From the NCBI GenBank assembly GCA_009914755.4, contig CP086569.2, positions 8,032,001 through 8,096,000 of the forward strand: a stretch of 64,000 nucleotides of DNA. Reading direction: 5' to 3'. This document shows, in pieces, positions 44,780 through 58,800 of this stretch (positions are counted from its first letter, which is position 1; every line of letters starts with the position of its first letter). This DNA comes from the human T2T-CHM13v2.0 reference genome, Homo sapiens. The notes under the pieces were generated by a model. It saw nothing but the letters and a program-made list of their open reading frames with translations. It was not told the DNA's origin and made no database searches. A program made the position numbers and the translations under genes.

Positions 44780-47440
44780 GCCTAGATAAAACATCTATAG
44801 AACAGGTGTGAGAGACTTCAAGAATCTCTAGCCTAAAAGTTGGTATCATATTCCCCCAGAAAAAAGTCAATAAGCATTTTCACATGTGGCATTTTATTAT
44901 ATAATTTGCAACCCAAGATTACAACATATACAAAACATTAAGATAAGATGGCTCACTCTAAGATAAAAATAAATATGTAGAAATCAATGATAATAAATGG
45001 AGATGTAAAAATTACCTGAGAAAATTTCAATTAAAGTCTACATCTATTTTTAAAAGAAAAAAATAAATTACCCTAACAAATTAAAATTGCCACCTGAATG
45101 ATGCTTAATGAGTAAAACTGAAATAAAGAAAACAAACTGAAATAACAAATACGAAATTAACAAAATTATAAAAAGAACAAAAAATAAAATTTATGTAGTA
45201 GAAGTACAAAAAAGACTAATATGAACTTCAACATTATTAAAAAAAATAAGAAAATCAGGAAGCTCAGTAAATTTCAACCAACATTAACACAAAGAAATTT
45301 CTAACAAGACCCCAAATAAGAAATGCTTTGAAAGTCATATATAAGAAGAGAATCTTGAATGCAGGAAGAAAAAAAGAGATATGTTATTTATATGCATGCT
45401 TCTGCAAGTTTACCAGTAAGTTTATAAACATAAATCTTTCAGGAAGAAAGGAGTAGGATAACATACTTAAAACACTGAAGAAAAACTTCTGTTAGAAATG
45501 CCTATTCCTCAGTGCCAAAAAGTAGAACTAGCACTCAGACAAAGAATTTTCTCAGCAAGGCAATTTTGCTTTCTGTAGAAAGCTTGCTGCTCATCAGCAA
45601 TCCTGCCATGAAAGCACAATGAAACAGAAAGGCAGGAATATTTATCCTGTATGCGTTGGGTTCTTATTTCTGTTTCCTATCTCCATTAGTTTGAGCAGGA
45701 CATCACAGTCTAAGCTAAACCTGATTAGCTAACAACCTAAAACATTCCTAAATAGGTAAAGGCAATGAAGAACAAAGAAAAGGAGAAAGTTGCTTTTGAA
45801 AAGTCTTAGAGAAGTAATAACATTTCCAAATAAGAAAAGGGCATAAGCTGCAAACTGGGACATGCTTGAGCATGTACAGAACAAATCTCTTGTTGAAAGT
45901 CCAAGGGCATGGAATGTACTTATTCTTTATATATAACAGCTACATAGAATAGGGCTTAACAGAGAGTCAATAGCACAAAACAGGAAGGCTTTGAAGAAAT
46001 TTAATTTGTAAAAGAAAATATTATTTCTAACATTTATTATTTAAAAGAAGGAAAATTTTGATGAGAAACTTTTTACTTTTTACAAAGTCTAAGTAAGAAT
46101 ACTATATCCAGCAAAAGTATCCTTCAAAATGAAGGAGAAAATATCCAACTATATCATGATCTATATCAAGATCTAACCATGTCATCTCTTCAAGAGTCTC
46201 ACTTCAGACTTAATAAAAAAATAGACTGAAAATGGCAGGATAAAAAATACATGCCATGGAAGTGTTAACCAAATAAGAGGAGAAGAGGCAACAATTTATT
46301 AAATTGAAAACAGTCATATTTTGTAAAATTTGCTCTAAGTGAAAATTCACAAGAGACAAGTAGGACATTCAGTTATACTAAGAAAGTTCATTTACTGAGA
46401 TTCTATAAATATATGAGAGTTTTCCCAAAAACGTAAAATAAAACATTGACATAATTGAAGCAAAAATAGAAAACAATATAATAATGGAAGGATACATTTA
46501 TATCCCACTTTCAGTAATAAATAAAGCAAGACGGAATATCAATAAGGGAACACAAAGCTTGAATTCTCTATACAATATTTGTACCCGACAAATGTGTACA
46601 ACAATAGAATACATACTTTTTAATAGCTCATAGAATATTTTCCTAGATGGATTGTGTGTGACTCCATGAAAGAAGCATTAATGATTTTTAATTGAAATTT
46701 TACAGACAATTATTTATAGCCCAAATGGAATGAAACTAGAAATCAGTAATGGAAGAAAAGCTGAAAAAAAATTATAACAAATAACAACACAGTTTTTCTT
46801 TTTTCTTTTTTCTTAGATGCAATATCACTCTGTCACTAGGATGAAGTGCAGGGGCACAATCTCAGCTCACCGCAACCTCCACTTCCAGGTTCAGGCAATT
46901 CCCCTGCCTCAGCCTCTCCAGTAGCTGGAACTACAGGCACACACCACCATGCCCAGCTAATTGTGTGTATTTCAATAGCGGCAGGATTTCATCATGTTGG
47001 CCGATATGATCTCAATCTCCTGATCTGGCCATGGACCTTCCTTGGCCTTACAAAGTGATGGGATTACACGTATGAGTCACCAGGCCTGGCCAGTAAAGTT
47101 TTTTGAGCATACTCATTATCAAGGGTTGGAAGACATAATATTCTAAAAATGTCCATGCTGCTTAAAGTGATCCACACATTCAACAGGCCAATTTTCAATT
47201 TTAAATTAAAGTTTCCCAAAAATATAAATTAAAATAACCCAGAAAATTACATGAAAATCCTGGCAATCTTTAAAAGGAAGCCAAATATTGGAAGCATTAC
47301 ACTTAACAATTTCCAAACACAAAACAAACCTAAAGTAATCAAAACACTTGGTACCAGTACAAAGGTAGAACACGAAAGTAATGAAGCAGAATGCAGCACA
47401 GAAATAAACATTTGAATAGAGAGGAGAGACATACCACCTA
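44780..47440 (+). mobile_element. Old L1 (L1M-like), sense strand, covering the ORF1 C-terminus through mid ORF2. It has a ~1.3-kb internal deletion at the site of an antisense Alu and is truncated at the array boundary.
   Basis: 46100 'ccagcaaaagtatccttcaaaatgaaggagaaaata' matches the ORF1 end. 46700 'ccaaatggaatgaaactagaaatcagtaatggaagaaaagctg' matches the ORF2 EN end. 47360 'cttggtaccagtacaaaggtagaacacgaaagtaatgaagcagaatgcagcacagaaataaacatttg' matches the ORF2 '...[23 protein letters not shown]' region. The 5' boundary (44780) is uncertain. Confidence 0.55.
46795..47092 (-). mobile_element. Full-length Alu in antisense orientation, nested in the old L1.
   Basis: 'ttttttcttagatgcaatatcactctgtcactaggatgaagtgcaggggcacaatctcagctcaccgcaacctccacttccaggttcaggcaattcccctgcctcagcctctccagtagctggaactacaggcacacaccaccatgcccagctaattgtgtgtatttcaatagcggcaggatttcatcatgttggcc...caggcctggcc'. 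Confidence 0.85.
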
Positions 47441-48749
47441 GGTTTTTCATTCAGCTGTATTTCACAATTCCTTTGGTAAGCAGGACCCAGGCAGGAGAGG
47501 AGAGTTATACCATTTAAACACTAATTTATGCGATATTTCAAAATTTTTTTCTGGAGGCAGAGAGGCCTGGAGGGACATGTAACCTAGCTGATAGAAGAAG
47601 AGATATGTGATAATATACCCTATTGACAGGACTCATGCAGAAGTATCACATTATTGTGATTCTGAGCCAGCATTACGTAAAAATGCTCCCGTGGAAAGGA
47701 ATTTGAGCCAAAAGACTCAACCTGGGTACTAGGCCCAGAAATATGACACAATCTCATCATCTTTGTAGGTGACAACGTTAACTTTTAGCTAAGTGTGTAT
47801 ATTAGAGTGACAATCTCACATGTTTGCTGCGACAATGTATGACCCTCTGCAACATCCAAGGGACTTATAAAACGTGCATAAGAGTTGCAAAGCTCTCTGA
47901 AGCCTACGTGCTGGTATGGACTCACAATCTTACGTATTATCTTAAACCCAGGTTTGATAGTTGACATCTCTCCTATAGGCAGGGTTAAGGAAAAAGACCC
48001 ATTATTATTTCTGTGGGCTGGGTTTAGAAATGACTGACCATCCCACTTGTGGCCAGAGCCACATATAAATTTCACAATTCCAACTTTGTGCTGTATTCCT
48101 GTGTTAGACTCTTGATCTTAACAGTGGGCATTGTAAATGTGGGATGGTGACAACTTTTAATTTCACCTGGGTTTGTAACCTAGAGCCCCAATCTGAAATT
48201 TTGGCCAGGCCCTGTTATGAAATTTTATAGCACCAAAGAGTTTATATGATATAAGTTAGTATTGTAAGCTTCTGTGAGGTTGTTACATACATGTAACCCA
48301 GGAGATTATCTATTCCTCCAAGCCTAACAATGAAAGGCAAAATATCTTCTATTGCCTGAATCCCAATATAAGTGTGAACATCATGTCTGTGAACTGAAGC
48401 AAGGTATAGGTCATAATCCCATATGCTGGCAAAAACTAGGCAGGAGGGTAACATCACTTAGATGCTGTGCCAGGCAATATGTTACATGCCTTCCTTAGGC
48501 AGGGCATAGGAAATTTGGTCATATTAGCTGGGTGCTGGACCTAGCAATATGACACCATCTCACATGTGGAAAAAACCCAGTCAAGTTATGGGAGCCAAAA
48601 CACCTACATAAAGAGACCAAGATATGTCAAAATACCTTCAGTGGCTCCAGCACAGGAGGACAGTCACATAAAAATGGTCCTGGACTGAGCAATATACAAT
48701 ATGCCATAAGTTCTTCTATATGCAGAAACAAAGCAGAAGAGTAACATCA

Positions 48750-49879
<1,130 letters not shown>

Positions 49880-51069
49880 AAAAATGAGGAGATTCACATA
49901 TCCTGAGTGCTGGGCTCAGTAATGTGCCAAAATCCTCCTATTGTGAATGCCCAGGCAGAAAAACAGAATCACATCACTTAGGTCATGAGCTCAGACATTT
50001 GTCCCAATGTCCCCAGTAGGCAGGGTTCAGGCACACAAGGAGGGTCATATCACCTGTGTGCTTCCCTAGAAATATGTCATAATGTAAAATGTGGGCAGAA
50101 ATTAGGCAGAAGAGCCACATCGCCAGAATGATGGGTTCTGAGATATTTCACAAGGCTCTCTTAGGACAGCACCCAGCAAAGATAGTTACATCACCTAGGT
50201 GCAGGTTCTCTGTTTATGCTACAATTCTCCATGTGGCCTCCATGTGCATAGGACCCAAGGAGGGAGTCACTTCACCTAGGGGATAGGCCCAGAGATATGT
50301 CGCAATGACCTCTATGAAGCATAGCCCTAGCAAAAGAGTACTATCACCTGTGTGCCTGGCCTAAAATATGTCACTGTCAAGGTTGGCAGGGCCCAAGCAG
50401 GAAAGCCACATAACCTAGGTGATAAACCCAGAGATATGTCACAATGCCCTTTTGTGGGCATGGCTCTGGCAAAATAGTACCTTCCCCAGTGTACCTGGTC
50501 TTGCAGTGTGTCACTGTCATTCCTTTTTGCAGGGCTCATTCCAGAGAAGAGAGTTACATAACTTATGAGGTGGACACAGAAATATGTTGCAATAAGTTTG
50601 GTGTGCCTGGCACAGGAAAGAATGTAACATCACCTTGGTGTTAGATCCAGTGATATGTCACAATCTTTACTGAAAGAAGTGCCCAGGCAGCAGAGTCACA
50701 TCACCTGTAGGTTGGCCTACATAGATATGATAATCCCATATATACACTGGAAAAAGCCTGGAGAGTCAAATTAAACAGGTGCTTGGCAAAGATTTATATT
50801 ACAATCACATTGTCAGAAAATTCCAAGGGTGAGATTTACAATGCCACACATGTCCTGTTTTCATATATGACAGTTGGTTTTATCCATATGAGATGATGAT
50901 AGTTCTTACTGTCAGCTGGTTGTGCATACCAGATTCACAATTTCTACTGTGTCCTGAGCCGTGTTTTGACTCTGTCTGTATAACCTAAAGACTTTATAAA
51001 ATATGTGTGCTTGTTGTAATTTTTTGTAAACTTTGTACAAGAAAGAGATTCAGGACATTTGGGATCCCT

Positions 51070-52826
51070 AAAATTAGTTATTAAACTAGGAAAAGATGAA
51101 TTTAAATTGTCTCTGTTTGGAGTTGACACGATTGTATATCTATAAAATCCCATCGTCTGAGCCTAAAATCTCCTTACACTGATAAGCAACTTTAGCAAAG
51201 TCTCAGGATAATAAATCAATGTGCACTCCCATTCACAATTGCTAAAAAGAGAATAAAATACCTAAAAATACAACTTACAAGGGATGTGAAAAATCTCTTT
51301 AGGGTGAACTACAAACCACTGCTCAAGGAAATAAGAGAGAACACAAACAAATGAAAAAACATTCCATGCTCATTGATAGGAATAATTAATATCATGAAAA
51401 TGACCATAACTCCCAAAGTCATTTGTAGAATCAATGCTATCCCCATCAGGCTACCAATAACTTTCTTCACAGAATTGGAAAAAAAAAACTACTTTAAACT
51501 TCATGTGGAACCTAAAAAGAGCCTGAATATCCAAGACAATCTTAAGCAAAAAGAACAAAGAAGGACTCATCACACGACTTGACTTCAAACTATAATACAA
51601 GGCTACAGAAACTAAAACAGCATGGTCCTGGTACCAAAACAGATATATAGATGAATGGAACAGAATAGAGGTCTCAGAAATAACACCACTCATCTACAAC
51701 CATCTGATGTTTGACAGACGTGATGCAAACAAGCAATGGGGAAAAGATTTCCTATTTAATAAATGGTATCTTGAAAACTAGCTAGCCATAGGCAGAAAAA
51801 ATGAAAATGGACCCTTTCCTTGCACCTTGTACAAAAATAAACTGAAGATGGATTAAAAACTTAAACATAAAACCTAAAATTATAAAAATTATAGAAGAAA
51901 ACCTAGGCAATACCATTCAGGACATAGGCATGGGCAAATACTTCATATTTAAACACCAAAAGAAATGGCAACAAATGACATAATTGATAAATGGGATATA
52001 ATTAAACAAAGAAGTTTCTGCACAGCAAAATAAACTATCATCAGAATGAACAGGCAACCTCCAAAATGGGAGAAAATTTTTGCAATCTATCCATCTGACA
52101 AAGGGGTGATATCTAGAATCTACAAAGAACTGAAACACATTTACAAGAAAAAAAAAAAAAAAAACCTATGAAAAGTGCTCATTATCACCAGTAACTAGAG
52201 AAATGCAAATCAAAGCCACAAAGAGATACCATCTCACGCCAGTTAGAATGGCAATAATTAAAAAGTCAGGAAACAATAGACGCTGGAGAGGATGTGAAGA
52301 AACAGGAAAGCTTTTACACTGTTGGGGGGGAGTGTAAATTAGTTCAACCATGTAGAAGACAGTGTGGTGATTCCTCAAGGATCTAGAACTAGAAATACCA
52401 TTTGACTCAGCAATTCCACTACTGGGTGTATACCCAAAGGATTATAAATCATGCTACTATAGAGACACATGTGCACGTATGTTTGTGGCACATATACACC
52501 ATGAAATATTATTCAGCCATAAAAAATGATGAGTTCATATCCTTTGCAGGGACATGGATGAAGCTGAATACCATCTTTCTCAGCAAACTATTACAAGAAC
52601 AGAATAGGAAACACCGCAAGTTATCACTCATAGGTGGGAATTGAACAAAGAGAACACATGGACACAGCGAGGGTAATATCACACAACAGGGCTTGTCAGG
52701 GGGTAGGCGTCTAGGGAAGAGATAGCAGATGCTGGTTTGATTTGTGCAGCAAACCACAATGGCACCTGTATAACTATGTAAAAATACTGCAAGTTATGCA
52801 GAACTTAAAGTAAAATAAAAAAATAA
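51070..52826 (+). mobile_element. Older L1 (L1PA/L1PB-like) 3' portion in sense orientation, covering the ORF2 RT end through the 3'UTR, with internal deletions. No TSD is recognisable.
   Basis: 'gtctctgtttggagttgacacgattgtatatctataaaatcccatcgtctgagcctaaaatctccttacactgataagcaactttagcaaagtctcaggat' is ORF2. '...ggtgggaattgaacaaagagaacacatggacacagcgagggtaatatcacacaacagggcttgtcaggggg...aaagtaaaataaaaaaataaaa' is the 3' end. A ~90-bp deletion relative to the L1 consensus is visible at 'gtttgtggcac|atatacaccatg'. Confidence 0.8.
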
Positions 52827-55800
52827 AACCCAGGCAGAATGTTAACATCACTTAGGTGGTGTATCACACAATATGTCACTATGCCCTCTTTAGGCAGGAC
52901 CTAGGATAAAGGGTCACATTAACTGGGGACTGGAACCAGCAATGTGATACAACCACACATGGAAGAAATCCAGCAAAGTGTTGAGAGCCAAAAGAGCTAC
53001 AGAAAGGGTCAAGGTTATGTGAAAATTCCTTCCATGGCTCTGGCACAGAAAAGAGAGTCACATCATTAGAGTGCTGGGCCAAGCAATCTGCTATAATTCT
53101 TTTCTTATTAATACCCTGGGCATAAGAGTGACATCCTCCACATGCTGGGCCCTGAAATATGGCAAAAGTCCTGTTTATGAGTGTTGTTCATCAACAAGAC
53201 GAGTCACGTTAGTTAAGTGCTAGGCTCACCAATCCGTCAAAATCTTCCCATTTTAAAGCCACATACAGAAGAAAGAGAGAAACGTTGCTTAGATCATAGG
53301 ATCAGAGATATGGCCCAATGTCACTTGTAGGCTGGGCCCAGGAAGAAAAAGAGAGTCATATCACCTAGGTGTTTCTTTAGGTAAATGTCACAATTTAATA
53401 TGTGGGCAGAAACCAGGCTAAAGATCCACATCAACTCATCCTGGGTCCTGAGATTTTCACAAGCCCCCCTTAGAAAAGTACCTATGCAAGAAAGTTACAT
53501 CATGTAGGTGCAGGTTCCACCCTTATGTGACAATGCTCCATGTATGCAGGCAAAGCAGGAAGTTAAATCACCTAGGTGACATGCCCAGAGATATTTCACA
53601 AAGCTTTCTTAAAGCATGGCCCTGGCAAAAAGTACCATCACCTTTTTGCCTGGCCTAGCAATATGCTACTATTCAAGTGCGCAGGTCCCAAGCAGAGGAA
53701 CCATATCACCTACATTATAGGCCCTGTGATATGTCAAAATGCCATCTTTTGGGCATGGCCCTGGAAAAAAACTATCATCACCTCTGTGTCTGGTCTAGGA
53801 ATATATCACTATCCTGCCCTGTGTGCAGGGCACATTCAAAAGAGGAGAGAATTTTCTTCAAAGCAATAGGCACAGAGATTATGTCACAATAATGTGACAT
53901 CACCTGGGTGTGGGTTCAGTGATATCACAATGTTACTGAGAGCAGGGCCCAGGTAGAAGAGTCACATCACTTCAAGGTTGGCTCAGGTAGATATCAAAAT
54001 TCCATATGTAGGCTGGAAACAGTCTGAAGAGTGAAATCGCACAGGTGGTCTGCAAAAATTGATGTCAGAGTAATGGTGGAATTAAATTCTAGGGATGAGA
54101 TATACAATACCACACATGTCCTGTTTTCACATAGGAGAATTGCCTTCATCCGTCTGTTATAATGAAAGTCCTTACTGTCAACTGGGTGTGCATATGAGAC
54201 TCACAATTTTCTCTGTGTGCTAGGAGCTGTTATCACACTCTTTATACAAACCAAGGGTGTGATAATATGTGTGGGTGTTGTCATGATATGTGACCTTCTT
54301 ACCAGAAGGTGATCCTGGACAACCGTCATGTCTCTAACATAGTTATAAGAGTCAAAATTTCTTCTACTGATTCAGTTCACATATTAGAGTCATTATCATG
54401 CCTGCTAGCTGTGCCTAGGTATACATCACTATCCCCTCTGTGGTTATTGAACAAGAAGGACAACCATATCACCTAAATCCTGAGCAAGAAATATTCCAAT
54501 ATTGTCTTTGAAGGCAAGACCCTAACAGAAAATTCACAAAACTTGGGTGCTAGGCAAAGCTGTATGGCAATATGGCCCTTGAAGAAGAAGTCCAGGCAGG
54601 AGAGGATAGTTATATAACCTAAATGATGGACCCAGACATATGTCACAATGATTCATGTTGAAAGCCCCAGGTCAGAGAGTCATGACATTTGGATGCAGTG
54701 CCTAGAAATGCTACAATATTCACTGGAAGCAGGGTTCAGGCAGGACAGAAGAGTCACATAACCTAGATGATGGGTACAGAGATATATTACCATCCCTTCT
54801 GAGGTCACTTTTAGACAGGACAATCCAATCACCAAGGTTCTTGACCAGGAATATGTCAAAATGTAATCAGTGGGCTATAAGTAGGCAGGGTTATTAAATC
54901 ACATAGGAGCTGGACAAAGGTATATGTCACAAAAACAACTGAGGAAAGATTCAGAAATGAGAGTCACCACCCTGCACATGTCCTGGCTCCAGGTACAAGA
55001 GTCATTATTAGGGCTTTTGTCTGGTCTCAGGTATATGGCACAATATCACATGTGGCAGGGAGAAGAAAGGAAAGTCACCTCATCTTTGTGGGTGCTGGTC
55101 CAGTGAAATGTCATAATCCTACTTGTGAGCAGGACTCTGGAAGAAGAGTCACATCACCTGGATGCTGGTTTCAGTGGTATATGTAAATCCCCCTCGTGGG
55201 AAAGTCTTCGGAAGAACAGTAGACAAACATCACCTTGGAAATTGGCATGAATATATGACACAATGGCTGCTATGTCAAGAACAAAGGCTGAATAGTCACC
55301 TAATCCTGGTGCTGGGTTCAGCAATACATCAGAATCTCTTTGGTGGTCATGGCCCAGGCAAGACAGAAGAAACTTTACCTAGGTGCTAAGCCATGGGATA
55401 TGTGAAAAACCTTCCTATTGGCAGAGGTACTAGGCCTAGTGATATGACACAATATCTTCATATCTTAGGGTGACACCTTTGACTGTCAGCTTGGTGTACA
55501 TATAAGTGTTGCAATGTCATGTGTGTCCCGTGTCATCATATGACACACTTTACAACATCCGAAGGCTTTATGCAATATGTATGAGAGTTGCAATCTACTC
55601 TGAGGCTGACATGCTCATATTAACTCATGATCTTACATATTGCTATAAACCCAGTTATGATAGTCCACATCGCTCTTATAGGCTGGGTTGAGACAGGAGA
55701 TCGGTTATTATGCCCTTCATCTGGGTCCAGAAATGAGTCACCATCTCACCTGCAATAAGATACACATATGAAAGTCACTATTCCATCTTTTTACTTTATT

Positions 55801-58800
55801 TGCATTTTAAGCTCAGGACTTCAAAAATGGGCTTTGTAAATGTGAGATGGTGACAACATTTGCTCTCACCTGCAAGAGTAATCAAAAGTCACGATTGTAA
55901 CCATTTGCTGGGCCCTTTTATAAAGCTCTGTGTACCACCCAAAGATTTTATACAATATGAGTTAGTGTTTTAAACTTCTGTTAGCTGTGCTCAAATTTGC
56001 AACTCATAACTTTACATATTACCAAAAGTGTAGTGATGAGAGGCAAAATATCTGCTATTTGTGGAATTCCAACTTCCAATTGATAATCATACCTCTGAAT
56101 TGAAGCAATGTAAATTTCATAATCCCATTTGTTAAAAAAAATAGCAGGAGGTTAACACAACTTACATTCTGTGCCAAGCAATATGTCACAATGCCTTCCC
56201 AACACAGGGTCTGGAATGCTGGTTACGATAACTGGGTGCTGAACCCAGCAATATGACACAATCCCAAACATGGATAAAACACCCCAGACAAGTGAAGAGC
56301 GCCAAATCACCTAAATAATAGGCCCAAGATATGTAAAAATACTTTCTGTTGCTCTGGAAGAGGCAGGAGAGTTACATCATCAGGGTGTGGGTCCCAGCAA
56401 TATCCCATAATTCTATCTTTATGCAGGACCGTGTCAGAAATGGAAAATCATCGTAGTGCTGGGCCCAGCAATACATCAAAATTCCTTTTTATGGCCATGG
56501 TTCTGGAAAAAAAAAAGGAGTCATATTACCTAATTATTGTGCTTAGCAATATGTCACATCAACCCATAAAAAAAAGACAGAAGTAAAAAAGACATTACTT
56601 AAGACACAGGCTCAGATATATGATCCAATGTCCCAAGTAGTTAAGACTCAGGTATAAGAGAACAGTCATATTATGCAGGTGCTTCCCTAGGTTTATAACA
56701 TAATCTAACACATTAGGTGAAGCCAGGCAGAAGAGTCACATCACCTTGATACTTGGTCTGGTGATATGTCACAAGGCTCCCTTTAAGACAGGACTCTGGC
56801 TAGAGAGTTACAACAAATGAGTGCAGGTTCTACCCTTATGTTACAATGTTCTATGTGGTCAGGGCCCAAGCAGGGAGTCACATCATCTGGCTGATAAGTG
56901 CAGAGATATGTCACAATGTTCTCCTGGAATTATGGCCCTAGTGAAAGAGCACCATCACCTTTGTGACTAGCCAAGCAATACGTCACTATTCAGGTAAGCA
57001 GGACCCAAACGGGAGAGCCAAGACACCTAGTTGATAGGCCCAGAGGCTTGTCAAATGTCCTCTTTAGGACAGGGCCCTAGAAAAAGGGTACTGTTACCTC
57101 TTTGCCTGACCCAGCCATATGTTGCTATCCCCCACTGTGTGCAGGGCCCATTTTAATGAGTAGAGTGGTTGACTCAGTGATATGTCCCAGGGATTTCTGT
57201 GCACATGACTCAAGCAAAAATGTGACATGACTTGAGTGCTGGATCTAGTAATATGTCACAATTCTTACTGAGAGCAGAGCCCAGGCAAAAGCATCACATC
57301 ACCTAACGGTTGGCCCAGGTAGGTATCACAATAACTTTGTGGGCTGAAACAATCTTGAAGAGTCAAATCACACAGGTCCTTAGCCAGCAAAGATTTATAT
57401 CACAGACACACTGGCAGAAAATTATCAGGATGAGATTTAAAATATCACACATGTTCTATTTTCATGAATGACATTTCTCTTCATATATGTGAGATGGTGA
57501 CTCCATACTGTCAGCTGGGAGTGCATATAAGACTCACAGTTTCACCTTTCTACTGGGTTCTGTTATTACATTCTCTGTACAGGCCAAGGGCTTTATAAAA
57601 TATCCAAGGCTGTTAAAATCATCTTTTCACAAGAAAGTCATTTATTCACTCCTGTTTCTGAAGCAGGTTATAAAACTTAAAATTACACCAATTTCTGGGG
57701 TCCACATAGGAGAGTCATAATCATGCCTGTGAGTTGTGCCTAGATATACGTAACAATTTACTCTGTGGTAATGAAATAGCCATAACAGCAAAGTACCCCC
57801 CCAAAGGCTGAGCAAGAAGTGTTCCAATATTCTCCTTGTTGGTAAGTTTCTGTCAGCATAGTTTGATAACATGGGGGTTACAACCAGATGTATGGCACAA
57901 TGTGCCTTGTGGGCAGTGTCCAGACAGAAGAAGAGACTCCTATCACTGAAATGCTAGGCCTAGAGGTATGTCACAATGTCGCATGTCGAAAGGACCAGGC
58001 AAGAGATTCAGATCACTTGGATGCAGTGCCTAGAAATGGTACTATCCCCAGTGAAGCAGGGTCCAGCAAGAAGAGGAGAGTTGGATAACTAGATGATGGG
58101 TCCAAAGCCATGTCACAATCCTTCCTGGGGATGTTGTAAAAACAGGAGAATCAAGTCACCAAGGCACTCAGCCAAGGTATATATCAAAATCTAATTTGTG
58201 GGTTACACCTAGGCAGCATTAGTAGGTCACTCAAGAAATGGGAAATGGTATATGCCACAATGACACAAGTGGAAAGTTCCAACAATAGGAGTCACCTTCT
58301 TGCATATGACCTGGCTTAAGGTTTAAGAGTCATGATTAGTCCTCTTATTTGGTCTCAAGTATGTGGCATGATATTATCTATGGGCAGAGAGCAAATAGAA
58401 ATATCACATTATCTGGGTGGGTGCTGGTCCAGTGAGATGTCACAATCTTTCTTGTGTCCAGGACCATAGAAGAAGAGTCACATTACCTGGATGCTAGTTT
58501 TAGTGAGATATCAAAATTCCTTTTGTGGACAGCCCTTAAGAAGTTGATGAGACTCATTTTACCTAGGCAATAGGCCTAGATATATGTCACAATGGCCACT
58601 ATTTGCAAAACCAAGGTATGAAAGTGACCTCACTTTGGCTCTTGGTTTAGTAATATGTCACAATCTCCCCTCCTGTCAGGGTGAGACAAGAGAGGAGAAA
58701 CATGACATATGTGCTAAACCAAGTGATATTTTACAAAGCTTCCCATTGGTGGAACCCAAAATGGAGAGTCACATCACCTGGGTGCAGTACCCAGTTATGT

